From: Epithemia pelagica
Taxonomy: Eukaryota; Protista; Bacillariophyta
Reading direction: 5' to 3'
DNA: 64,000 nt
Assembly (NCBI GenBank): GCA_946965045.2
Contig: OX337235.1
Location: 310,001 to 374,000 of the forward strand
The notes beneath the pieces are model-generated. The model was not told the origin of the DNA, ran no database searches, and saw only the letters and a program-made list of their open reading frames with translations. The position numbers were made by a program, and so were the translations under genes. Numbering within the stretch: position 1 is the first letter of the stretch; every line of letters starts with the position of its first letter. This document shows, in pieces, positions 9,201 to 18,111 of the stretch.

Positions 9201-11979
9201 AACCACCATCACTGATAAGAGTCTCCATGGCACCACGAAACCGGATGTTGTCCTGAAGAGTATTGACAAACTGTTTGGTTGACTTGATCCCATAGATATC
9301 AGTAACCAGAGTATCTCGACCAACAAAGATTTGTGCGACTTTACCGCCATGGTCAACAGCAGGGGTGTCGGAGAAAACCGAGTCAGTAGCAACGGGTTCA
9401 TGGCGTCGAGGTATATTAAGGACCGGATTGCGAGCCTTGAAATGTTTCTTGAGGGTGTCGTGGTCAAAAGTAATGCTACCATTACGTGTAGTGTGCTTGA
9501 ACGTATCGGCAATAACATCTTCAGATTGCCAACCAAAGAATGGACGGAACTTCTTCCAGTCATACGCTTCCTGGTAACGACGGTGGACAGAGGCATGAAG
9601 TGTAGGATCATTACCTTCTGCGTCAGCATAGATAGAAAAGAAGGGTGCATCGTCAGGTCCATGATCGTATGGGAGATCCAAAAGGAGATTGAGGTTACAA
9701 ACAACACGATCAGTGTACTCCCCATAGTTGTCATATGGATGGTTCGACATACTACCATCAGTCTTGACGTGTTTCCAATCAGGATCATTGTCAGAGGGTG
9801 TGGGAGAATACGAATGGTCCAGAACACCAGGATCCCATGTGTCGGGTGACGTGAAGATGATCTGAGGTAAGGTATCCATGTCATCGTCGCTAGGGATACC
9901 CAAGGAGTGGATGTAGGCTAACCCATCCTTGATGTGAAGGGGTATAGCACGACCATCAAGTGTAGTGATGCGTTGTTTACCATCAACTTTAACAGATCGT
10001 TCATCAACAGCAAGTCCGAAATGCTCGAATTGACCAGGAGCATGGATAGATAAGCCCTTTCCATAATAAGCATATTCATTGAAGATGCCGACAATAGGTC
10101 CATCATTGGTCTCAAACTTTGCGGCACATGTGACGACAGGAAGTCCAGTAAGTTCATGGTTATCAATACCCACAATAGTGATATGGCGGCCAGTCTTAGA
10201 AAGGATGCGCATGTCAGAACCAGCAAGTCTTCCATTAGCACCACGGTCAATCAATTGATTTCCTGGTAAAGTAGATTTCCTGGAAAACAAATAGCGTGGA
10301 ACATGTCCTGCTTGTTTATGCATGTTGGCTTTGAAAGTAGCCTTCTTGCTCGTCTTGGACTTGGCGTTAGAAAGAACACTAGTCAGGTCAGTTGCCGGGT
10401 GATTGATATCAGTCGTCATGGCTTGGTTGATAAATTGTGTAACCGGATCTGAATCATCTGGATGCTCAGGGACTACGCCAGGTGAGTCGTCATCAGATGC
10501 AACTTGGTTGGGGTCAGGATCAGGTTCCGGATCAATGTCGAGAGCATGTGTTTGCACTTTCCTCGGTGTTGTTGATGAAGGTGCTTGAATCATCTTGTTA
10601 TACTCAATGATCAACTTGCGATCTTCTTCAGAAAGTTTGAACCATAGGTCACGCGGTAGACTAACCTTGGACGAAGAGGATGGAGATTCAGATGTCGCTT
10701 TGGTGTTGTGGACATGATACTCCATATCATCTTGTGAGGTTATGTCAGCATCTGTATCTTGGCCATATAGTGATTCATGTTGTTTGACATGACGACGGCG
10801 GTTAGACGCAGAAGTTCGGGTAGCTTGGTCATGGTCAAAAGCAGCATCAAGAAGCAGGCGGAAATATGATTGATAACAGAGAGACTTGGCTCCAGATTTT
10901 GTGTTGACAACCTTATCCAAGATCTTGACTCGGCGGAGATCAGGTACCTTTTCTACAGCTTGCATGAGGAAGGTCATCCTGGTATGATCAGGGATGCAAT
11001 CAGACAATGTCACTAGATTGTCTAGCAAACGTAGCTGCTCTTGAAAGTGTAGAAGAAATTGACGTGTTGTTCCGCGCCATGTGTCGTCAAGACGTAGATT
11101 GGAAATGTAGTTGGTTAAACGGAGGACTTCTCGCTTTGCTAGGTCGGATTCGGTATGCAAAGAGTGTAACTTCTGCAATACGGCACGCGCATCTTCATCA
11201 TGTTCATGTTCACGTACATAGGCCCGACCTTGGTCAGTCTGAATGATACGGACAAGAACGGAGTAAAGAAATACTTGTTGCTCTTGAAAAAGTTCTTCGG
11301 CATACTCATCATCATGGGGTGGTGTGTATTTGAAATTCAGAACGTTGGATAGGCCCTGAGCCTTAGCTGTAGTCTTGAATACACGCCAGAATGAATCGTA
11401 GTATCGTTCATCCTTGAATACCTCATATGCAGTTGCGTCGTGTTTAGTTCCCTTTCTGAATGCTGTAAGGTCTTGTTGAGATTGGGATGCGGCAGTAACT
11501 GTGCTGACAGATTTCACAGATGACGGTGACTTCATTGGCGAGACTGGGACTTGGCTAGGTGGTCCCTTAGAGAAATCTGTGTTGATCCTCCATGTGTTGA
11601 ACTCTTTCCTCGTTAGGTTCATCCAGTCGCTATTGGATAGCTCGTCTTGAATTTCATTGGTCTTATATATGGCCCAATAAGCCAAGAGCTTGATCTGCTG
11701 TCTTGTGGGGCCTTGTAGATCATGTGTCTGTTTGTTGACCTTGTATTGTGTCAGTTCCTTCATGGATTCCTCGGTATTAGTTTGCATATACGAGATAACA
11801 TGGGTAATGTTCTCAAAACCATGGTATTTCATCCACTTCATTAAGTAATCGGCCCTTTCTTTGGTAAAGAATTGGCAGACAGTAAATATGATGTGGTCGA
11901 ATAGGTCTGTGTTCGAGACATTGTCTTGGTTATCTTCTCCCTTAGGAGTCGTAGGTGTCTTGGGTGATTGAGGATCCAT
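6292..11979 (-). CDS. Gag-Pol polyprotein of element 2 (1895 aa, uninterrupted)
   Basis: Protease LIDRGANG; integrase ETLISDGG and SEPYHQHQNKAENRY; RT ADIGNAYL, KALYGLKSSGARW, YVDD; RNase H YVDANL, STVETATYGSE, GDNRSVV. No CCHC knuckle seen. Confidence 0.95.
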   Translation of the reverse strand: MDPQSPKTPTTPKGEDNQDNVSNTDLFDHIIFTVCQFFTKERADYLMKWMKYHGFENITHVISYMQTNTEESMKELTQYKVNKQTHDLQGPTRQQIKLLAYWAIYKTNEIQDELSNSDWMNLTRKEFNTWRINTDFSKGPPSQVPVSPMKSPSSVKSVSTVTAASQSQQDLTAFRKGTKHDATAYEVFKDERYYDSFWRVFKTTAKAQGLSNVLNFKYTPPHDDEYAEELFQEQQVFLYSVLVRIIQTDQGRAYVREHEHDEDARAVLQKLHSLHTESDLAKREVLRLTNYISNLRLDDTWRGTTRQFLLHFQEQLRLLDNLVTLSDCIPDHTRMTFLMQAVEKVPDLRRVKILDKVVNTKSGAKSLCYQSYFRLLLDAAFDHDQATRTSASNRRRHVKQHESLYGQDTDADITSQDDMEYHVHNTKATSESPSSSSKVSLPRDLWFKLSEEDRKLIIEYNKMIQAPSSTTPRKVQTHALDIDPEPDPDPNQVASDDDSPGVVPEHPDDSDPVTQFINQAMTTDINHPATDLTSVLSNAKSKTSKKATFKANMHKQAGHVPRYLFSRKSTLPGNQLIDRGANGRLAGSDMRILSKTGRHITIVGIDNHELTGLPVVTCAAKFETNDGPIVGIFNEYAYYGKGLSIHAPGQFEHFGLAVDERSVKVDGKQRITTLDGRAIPLHIKDGLAYIHSLGIPSDDDMDTLPQIIFTSPDTWDPGVLDHSYSPTPSDNDPDWKHVKTDGSMSNHPYDNYGEYTDRVVCNLNLLLDLPYDHGPDDAPFFSIYADAEGNDPTLHASVHRRYQEAYDWKKFRPFFGWQSEDVIADTFKHTTRNGSITFDHDTLKKHFKARNPVLNIPRRHEPVATDSVFSDTPAVDHGGKVAQIFVGRDTLVTDIYGIKSTKQFVNTLQDNIRFRGAMETLISDGGSSLISQKVKDILRTLLIGEYRSEPYHQHQNKAENRYQTVKRMTNALMNATGCPANIWLLCLEYVCDLLNHTSSPTHSGRTPLEALSGRPPDITHLLFFPFWDEVYYRVDPAEPNSGSYPSSSDEKLGHWVGFAHNVGDSFTWKILTQDNQIIYRSAVRRVESTTPNLRVDRPSGEDLSEKDDNDKQADTVFIRSDSEDPSKPMPTIDFDDMIGRTFLCDTEENGERHRARVIKRVIDLNEEATKQEERVKYIYRKTNSDVDEMISYNQLMEYIERDNQAQTSGDNLFRFRDVIAHQGPLNTTDPDYKGSKYNLLVDWETGKTTYEPLSFIANDDPITVAIYGKKHDLLNEPGWKHLKRYVKTSKRLIRAAKQSRIKQVHHSVKYKFGFQVPRNYEEAVALDKQHGNTKWQDATELELSQIQSYKTFKDFGKAIFIKGKVSNAPEGYHKIRVHLVFDVKHDGRHKARLVADGHHTKEPVETIYSGVVSICNLRIALFLGTLNDLEIWGADIGNAYLEALTGEKIFIVAGPEFKELEGHILIIYKALYGLKSSGARWHDVLFDVLTDMGFSPSKADPDIWMRKAPGEDCYENIAVYVDDLAIISTDPGNICKILKEKYNFKLKGDEPIDFHLGCCYTKDSDGTLVADPRRYIGKMMDTFERIFKEKPKKAKTPLIGGDHPELDDSELLDEEGTSHFQTLIGQLQWVITIGRFDVFTATMTLSRFRAAPRKGHLDRAKRIYGYLAHLPEGAIRFRIGEPDYSSLPTQEFDWTRTVYSNASERIPEDCPTPLGRYVTTTHYVDANLMHDIVTGKSVTAVLHLLNGTPIDWYSKRQSTVETATYGSEFVAARTAIDQITELRHSLRYLGVPIRERSYMYGDNRSVVLNATVPHSILSKRHHLLSYHRVCEAIAAKYVAFYWKDGKTNPADILSKHWDFVSISPMLKPLLFWKGEVQDLNKSNDDKAETTSCGEC
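6298..6308 (-). other. Polypurine tract of element 2
   Basis: Minus strand GTTGTGGGGAG directly before the LTR start TGTTAG. Confidence 0.6.
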
Positions 11980-12299
11980 GGTGTTATTTGGTTGGTTCGA
12001 TGTTTATTTAATGTGCGGTGTGATGTGGTTTATTTAATGTGTGATGTGATGTGAACCCGGATGTACCACGTGTGCCACGTATGTACCACGTATGTAATAC
12101 CCGGATGTGTGTTGTGATGTGCGACTCCTGGAAATTTCCGTTGATTCCGACAAATTTTCGCCGAGTTTCAACAAATTTTCGCCGAATTTTCGCGATTTGA
12201 CGGGAATGTGTGGCGTGTTGTGCGACCAAGGGTACCCGGATGTGCGTTGAGTTTAAGTCTTGGAAAGGTTTTGAGAGGACGGGAGTTAACTATGAGTAA

Positions 12300-13079
12300 T
12301 TAAGCTTCGGTCTCCGAATCCCCACTGTCTTCCGAATGATCAGAGTCGTTTCCAGGCTCAGATGGGGCAGCACAAGCAACAGAAGAAGGGGTATCACCTT
12401 CAGCCAGGTGATTCTCGACCTCGGTACGCAAAGGGAAGATAGTTGCACGATGGTCCTCGATGGTATGGACCTCGTGGATGTAGGCAACGTAGTTATCTAG
12501 GCGTACAACGTTAGGAGGCAGAGGGCAAGTCGTCGCGTTCACGACGTGGATGGTATTGTAGTATCCAGTTGGGCGCTCGAAGGTTAGGAAGCGGAGGTGG
12601 ACAGTACGGATGGGGTTGCCCGAGAGGGCGGCCAAGATGAGGCGACGCCTCGGAGAACGATGAAGTTGGTCGTTCAGACGGTCAATGTCTTCTTGGTCGA
12701 CGACGTGGGTCACCGATTGGAACTGGCGTTCGATCTGGGTCTCCCCACGGATGATCTCGGGATCGAAGGTCGAACAAGTTGGTTGACGGAAGTACTTGAT
12801 ATGATCAGCAATCAACCGGGTGGTACGACGGGATCGAGAAGGGACGAGCCGACGAGGCGGACTCGGGGGCCGAAGCAACGGCGCAGGGATCGGAGCGTGA
12901 GGCTGGGTTGGAGTCTCGAATGGGTTGCTGTTGGAACTGTCGACGGAGATGTTGACCGATGTGTTGGCTGCCTTCGGCGTCGGCACCAGTTCCTGCTGCA
13001 CCAGGGTATCGGGCTGCCCGGGATGCAGTTTGGCTCGATAGATCTGTCGTACAGGAGTGATAAGCTCGTTAGTATCCAT
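12300..13079 (-). CDS. Accessory ORF upstream of gag in element 2 (259 aa, unknown function)
   Basis: ATG 36 nt after the 5' LTR, same strand as gag-pol. Pro-rich N-terminal half, mixed-composition central region, acidic tail. Confidence 0.6.
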   Translation of the reverse strand: MDTNELITPVRQIYRAKLHPGQPDTLVQQELVPTPKAANTSVNISVDSSNSNPFETPTQPHAPIPAPLLRPPSPPRRLVPSRSRRTTRLIADHIKYFRQPTCSTFDPEIIRGETQIERQFQSVTHVVDQEDIDRLNDQLHRSPRRRLILAALSGNPIRTVHLRFLTFERPTGYYNTIHVVNATTCPLPPNVVRLDNYVAYIHEVHTIEDHRATIFPLRTEVENHLAEGDTPSSVACAAPSEPGNDSDHSEDSGDSETEA

Positions 13080-13101
13080 GAAACCACAAGGAAATAAGCT
13101 T

Positions 13102-13115
13102 TGAGACTGTTAATC
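13102..13115 (-). promoter_or_regulatory. Primer-binding site of element 2, complementary to the tRNA-Asn(GUU) anticodon stem-loop
   Basis: Plus strand TGAGA-CTGTTAA-TC abuts the LTR: 5-nt stem arm, canonical CU-GUU-AA loop, and the first two bases of the returning arm. Confidence 0.7.
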
Positions 13116-13898
13116 TGTTACAATTCTTTCTGAATCGTAGGGACATTGATGCTCGGTAGAGCAGACAGTCAGGTAGGTCACCAACCGATACAAGCTTCTC
13201 AGGGTCAGAGAAGCAAGCAAGTCGAAGTCTATCAGAAGGATAGTCGGGACACAAAAGAAGATGTGATAAATGGTGATATTGTTAGATTGTGTGTTGATTA
13301 CTACGATAGGTCTACGTGAAATGTTCGGTCCTGCCAAGGGTCATGTGTCATAGGTTCTTGGCGGCAACAGGTTTGGAATAGTTGGAGTCGATTCATGTGA
13401 TGTATATGACATGTATATGTGGACGGATAACATATACAGGGTCAACAGCTCTTGCTTTGGGTTGGCATAGTTGTTTTCATGGCGCGCAGCTTGTTGACAA
13501 TTTGGAGATTGTGGGAATGGAAATATGGTCTCGCGTGATCGTGTGTCGTGCTTGGAATACTTAGACCGTTGGGTCGGATAGATGCCGACAGCGCTCGGAT
13601 GTCGCTTGGGCGCGCTCGATGATTTCGGGCGCGTACGCTTAGGGCGTTAGTATAATGTCCGAGCAACGGCCAAATTTACGTCCGTTGTAATACCGCACGA
13701 CCCAGTTTAGTCTTGAGAGTGAGTTCGTCAATCTATTCTCACTTTTCATGATTTGCGAAGAAATATAGGTCGATATAGCGCGAAGCTAGGGAACATAGCT
13801 CGAAGCTAGATGGCATGATGCGATAGCACGAGGCTATGTGACATGGGGAATCGATGAGATGTAGAATCTAACCACCATAGACGGTGAGAATTCTAACA
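13116..13898 (-). repeat. 5' LTR of element 2 (783 bp)
   Basis: Direct repeat of 5515-6297. Confidence 0.97.
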
Positions 13899-14864
13899 CT
13901 CAGGAATGATGGCCACTGTGTCTTCATCACGCCTCTGAAGAATATTGAAAGCATCGGATACCGTCTTTGGATAGTTGTCGTGATTGTCCAAGTGGCTGTT
14001 CCGCAGATGTTTAATATAACCCTTATGGTTCTCATTGGTTCCCCGGATAAACCGGATAGCCAAGGCGCGTTGTTTGGCTTCCTCATAGTTCTCTTCTTCA
14101 GGTGCATCACCTCGTCCATTGCTCTCAGCAATGTTATCGACCAGTGCTTGATCCCACACGGTAATGCCCACCTCGTCTAGGACTGCAACTTGAGCCACGA
14201 ACAATTCGTGATATTTCTCCAGTGACATGTGTTTGCCCTGTCTAAGTTTGTAAAAGCTTTCTTTTACGTCACACAACGAGTCAGCTAGGTTCCTCTTCTC
14301 CTCAAACGTATGGATGAGGGATCTCACAATAACCAGTAGAGCAATCCCATCCTGGCTCGCGGCTTCAAAGTCTTCATGCGACTTAAGCCGTTCCTGCATC
14401 GCGTCTGTACATTGTCCGAACACAAGGCTGTACAGACTTGCTCGAAAGTTTGCATATTCTTGCATCTTGGTACGATGATCCTTGATGTTCAACTTCCAAT
14501 GTTCGAATGCCACCTGATCATTTGGGTCAGGATCATTTGGTTCATCTGGGTCATCGAGTTCTAACGTCTCTATCGCTGCTGTGTAGTCGCCTGGGTATTT
14601 TGTAAACGTCCTTCCAACGTAGTTCGCAATCTCCTTGGTAGTACGTATGTACTTATCGAGGGTTCTCTCCCCGTTGTAATCGTAGATGTGGCCCGCCAAC
14701 GCTGTCTCCCGTCCTTCAAAGCGACTTCTCTGAAACTGATTATTTCTTCGGCCTGTACGGAATCGGTTACCTCTGCCACCTCGGCCGGTGCGTGGACGGC
14801 CATTTCCACGGCCACTGCTTCCACCATCTCTTGGGGGAGAGGGAGCATTACTGTCACTTGACAT
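13899..14864 (-). pseudogene. gag portion of element 1, cut off from its pol by element 2
   Basis: ATG 16 nt after the 5' LTR. RG-rich N-terminus and copia gag motifs (FEGR..L.GHIYD, SLVFGQCT, FYKLRQG, YPKTVSDAF). Removing element 2 and one TSD copy restores IPE-NDGVAF in frame. Confidence 0.92.
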
Positions 14865-14866
14865 CG

Positions 14867-14880
14867 CTCTATAGCGAAAA
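14867..14880 (-). promoter_or_regulatory. Putative self-priming PBS of element 1
   Basis: Minus strand TTTTCGCTATAGAG abuts the 5' LTR and is the exact complement of the LTR segment 14947-14960. Confidence 0.75.
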
Positions 14881-15275
14881 TGTTAGAACCAGTTGCTCAG
14901 CCTTCAGCCTATGCAATGGCACGCTTGTTTCTCCTTACAAACTTCGTTTTCGCTATAGAGTGAGCTCTCTCAGCTCGTCGTTAATCTAGTCTTAGTTTGA
15001 GCTTCCACGACCTTCTCCGATCAAAATGTCCCTGTAACTTCTTGTCGTGGTCATTCCAAAGGCATTAAGACCGGCGTCTGATCCGGCCATGGCTTTTCCT
15101 TTCTTGTTATCCTTGTTATCATGATGTGGTTGACTTGTGTCCCCATCTGTATTGCTGCCGTCCCAGTATGACTTCTTGTCTCCCTGGTGGACAAGTTTGG
15201 TCTTTGGCGTAATCGGCATTGCTTCCGAATGACCAGCTTCCGAATCGTTCGTCCGTCGGTTCTCGTGCTTCAACA
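14881..15275 (-). repeat. 5' LTR of element 1 (395 bp)
   Basis: Direct repeat of 1256-1650. Confidence 0.97.
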
Positions 15276-15506
15276 GCTACAAAGCTTGCCCAGATGCGTA
15301 CATCGAATGTCATTCATTCCCGTCGGAAGCGAGATCGACGAAGAAAAGAATTTGCTGATCTCAAGTCAGAATGCAGCCGGCTTCAAGCTGAACACTCCTC
15401 TTTGGAAGAGGAGCACAACCGCTTGACACACTTACTACAAGAGGCGACGACTGTAGCGAATGGACTAGATGATTCGAAACCACCAGCTAAAAAGAGAAAG
15501 AGTTAA
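15276..15506 (+). pseudogene. 3' part (bZIP domain) of paralog A, downstream of element 1
   Basis: NVIHSRRKR-x9-L-x6-L-x6-L-x6-L. Rejoins 1255 in frame (MDEAT|KLAQMR) and matches the C-terminus of 27486-29598. Confidence 0.88.
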
Positions 15507-18111
15507 CTACTTCTCCATATCACTACTAACTTCTTGGTGAACAGAAGAAGAGCACTGCTCCAGCTTCTATGTAATATGTAGTGTTTTAACGCGAGGCATA
15601 ACGGGGCCGCCAGACTACGATTGGAATGGTGATGTGCTTGCTGATCGGATATTGCATGGCGGCAACTGTCTTCTTCCAAGACCAGGAATCGACAAGGCGC
15701 CACATAGATCCCTCTTTTATTCGCTTCCAGTATTGACTCATGGATCATGGAAGCAATTGGCAATCCTCCCTTACATATGATTGGCTATGTTGGTTGGGGA
15801 TCGAAGTCGCTGGATTTGACTCTTTGACATGATTTCTGCCGGCACTATCGGCATGCTGCTTCCAGTCCAAAAGAAAGCTCTGGAAAATCCGAACTCCTCC
15901 GGGAACCCTGCAATCCACCATGATGTGCGCCATACTCGTACTCTACGACCACCTTCTGGAAGCTGGGAGACCGGGACTCAGCTTCAATTGCTTTCCTTTT
16001 GACATAACAACCACGAATATTCCTACTCGTTTTTCGTACGTTGTTTGATGTCCCTGGAAATCCGCCGAATCCCGACGCAGGATGGGATGGAATGACTGAC
16101 GGTGACAGCAATTGACAGATGACAAATGACAAAGAGACCGATCTCCTGCAAGGAACAGGAGGTGAGGGACTGTCAGTTAGGAGTAGGAGTAACAACAACA
16201 GAAAGTCAACCTAGCTACAGAACTGACTAGATACTACCGCTAGGCATTTGGATCAGGTTCGCATTTCCAATTTCCAATCCGTGGTTCGCATTTGATAACA
16301 CATAACACATAACACGCTTCAATCTACCATCTACCATGGTTTTAATGGTTAAAGGATACTCCTATTCGCCATTATAACCCCTCCAAATAGGTGAGGCGGC
16401 CAGACAAATCCCCAACCCTATCCTTTTACAATATCGCCCGCCACTGCTCCAGGCAGCTCTAAGTATCTCTAATTGCCAACACCGTTACATCAAGGTCGGC
16501 TTGCGTCCAGTTTCCTCTAAATTTGGGCAACCCTCTCTCCTCGTTCTCGTCTGTCACAAAACCCAAAACCGAGGCAAATGCTTGACCATGACGTGAGGTA
16601 AGAGTAAGAACAATGGACGGATCATGCTGGGCTGAATCGCTGAATCGCTTCTAACTTCTTACTACAATATTAATATGAGTACGGTTACCGGTTTCTCTTC
16701 AATTCCAACTTTTCTCTCTAGAGAAGAGAGTAGTGGTAATGATATTATTACAATAGAGTAGACACTTCAGCCTAGGTCTACTACGTAGCAGTAGCAAGTA
16801 GTCCGACTACCGACTACAATGATAGTCAAGCTACACTCCTGCTCTAGAACCCGCAATCATTGCCTTCCCCTCTGACTGTGATTTGACACGTAAGAACGAT
16901 CAGGAGTAAGGGCAAACGGCATAGAAATGAGAGAAATTAAATGAGATACGAGATCCTGAATCTGAATCGCCTCCTCAATCCTCAGCTCCTGAGTCCTAAG
17001 ACCTAAGATCTCTCTGGCTTTCTCTTTTCTCTTGCTTCTTGCTCTGATGAAATGATGGCGTATTCGAAATAATAATATGGCTCGCAGTGTGGCTGGTGGC
17101 TAGGATTCACATGTCCTTCCTTGATAATGATCCATGATTGACATTCTTTGAGTCAAGAGTCAAGAGTCAAGAGCGATATCCAATATATGTCCTGTATCCA
17201 TGTCATGATTATTTTTCTTTTTTCCCTTGCCGGCTTTTGGTTTTGGGTTTTGGGTCTGGAACTTTTCAACTAGTACTTTACCATCTCAAAGAAGTCGTAC
17301 AAAGACTAGATTCTTCTCGTCTCTCTTTTCTCTTGGCTTGAGGTGTTTTTCTTTCCGGTATCTTCTCTTATCCTCCTTGACTTTGCTACTCAACGAGAAA
17401 AGGATACGGCTACATAGACATAGCCCCCTTGCCGAGAATCAGAGGGGTCCTTGGCCATTGATTCCAAGGATGCCTTAATGAAAGCCATACTAGATAGCAG
17501 ATAGCGAAGTGGACAATGGGTTCTCTCTTCGTTTAAACACATCTCAAATCTCAATGCGTTACCTTGCTTCTGGCAGGAAAAAGTCGCTCCAGGACAAGAA
17601 GTATTCCCCAACGTCAACCCCCAAACTGTAGACGGACGTGGACGGTGGGAAGCTGGACGTCAACAGCACTCCGTTCTCCGTTGCCAATTTGCTCGAATCT
17701 CCCTCAATAGGGTATAGCGGTTGAAGATACCTCCAATCAAGGGCATCCAAACGGATGAGTTTCTTCCGAGGGGTCATCCATGGTCGAGACCTTTGAGAAA
17801 CTACCATACATAAAGATATCGAGATAGCTAGAGGCCTACTTATGGTGGTAGCGTCGACCTTCTGACCATGCCGGCGCGCTCCGCGACCAACGACAGAGGG
17901 GGGTGGATCGAGATTTTCCACCATGGCGGCGGCAGCACTGGTTTTGCGGTTTTGCACTGTCTAGTAGTCTTTCCTGTTGCCTGTGGTGGCGCCTCTCCAA
18001 TTTCCGGCTCTGTTCTTTTTGTACTCTCCTTGTGTCGTTGGTAGTTCCATTCGTGCCTGAGAGTTTGCCGGTGTGGTGTTGTCATCTCTCGATTCGCGGA
18101 CAACGCGCAAC

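Larger units (their letters stand above)
5515..13898 (-). mobile_element. Ty1/copia (CoDi-type, different lineage) LTR retrotransposon, element 2, nested in element 1
   Basis: 783-bp LTRs at 5515-6297 and 13116-13898 (TG..CA). TSD CTCAG at 5510-5514 and 13899-13903. Intact 1895-aa gag-pol. Confidence 0.97.
1256..15275 (-). mobile_element. Ty1/copia (CoDi-type) LTR retrotransposon, element 1 (outer), containing nested element 2
   Basis: 395-bp LTRs at 1256-1650 and 14881-15275 (TG..CA, 2 mismatches). TSD GCTAC at 1251-1255 and 15276-15280. Domain order gag-CCHC-PR-IN-RT-RH on the minus strand. Confidence 0.97.

Noticed and set aside
13102-13115. Possible tRNA-Asn gene
   Set aside because: Only the anticodon arm matches; there is no acceptor stem or T-arm. 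Position and strand fit a PBS.
15219-15275. Apparent start of a stand-alone 95-aa bZIP ORF
   Set aside because: The start is a non-ATG codon inside the LTR; the bZIP is the tail of the gene beginning at 65.
17559-17957. 132-aa minus-strand ORF divergent from the 18112 gene
   Set aside because: No recognisable motif or supported splice model.
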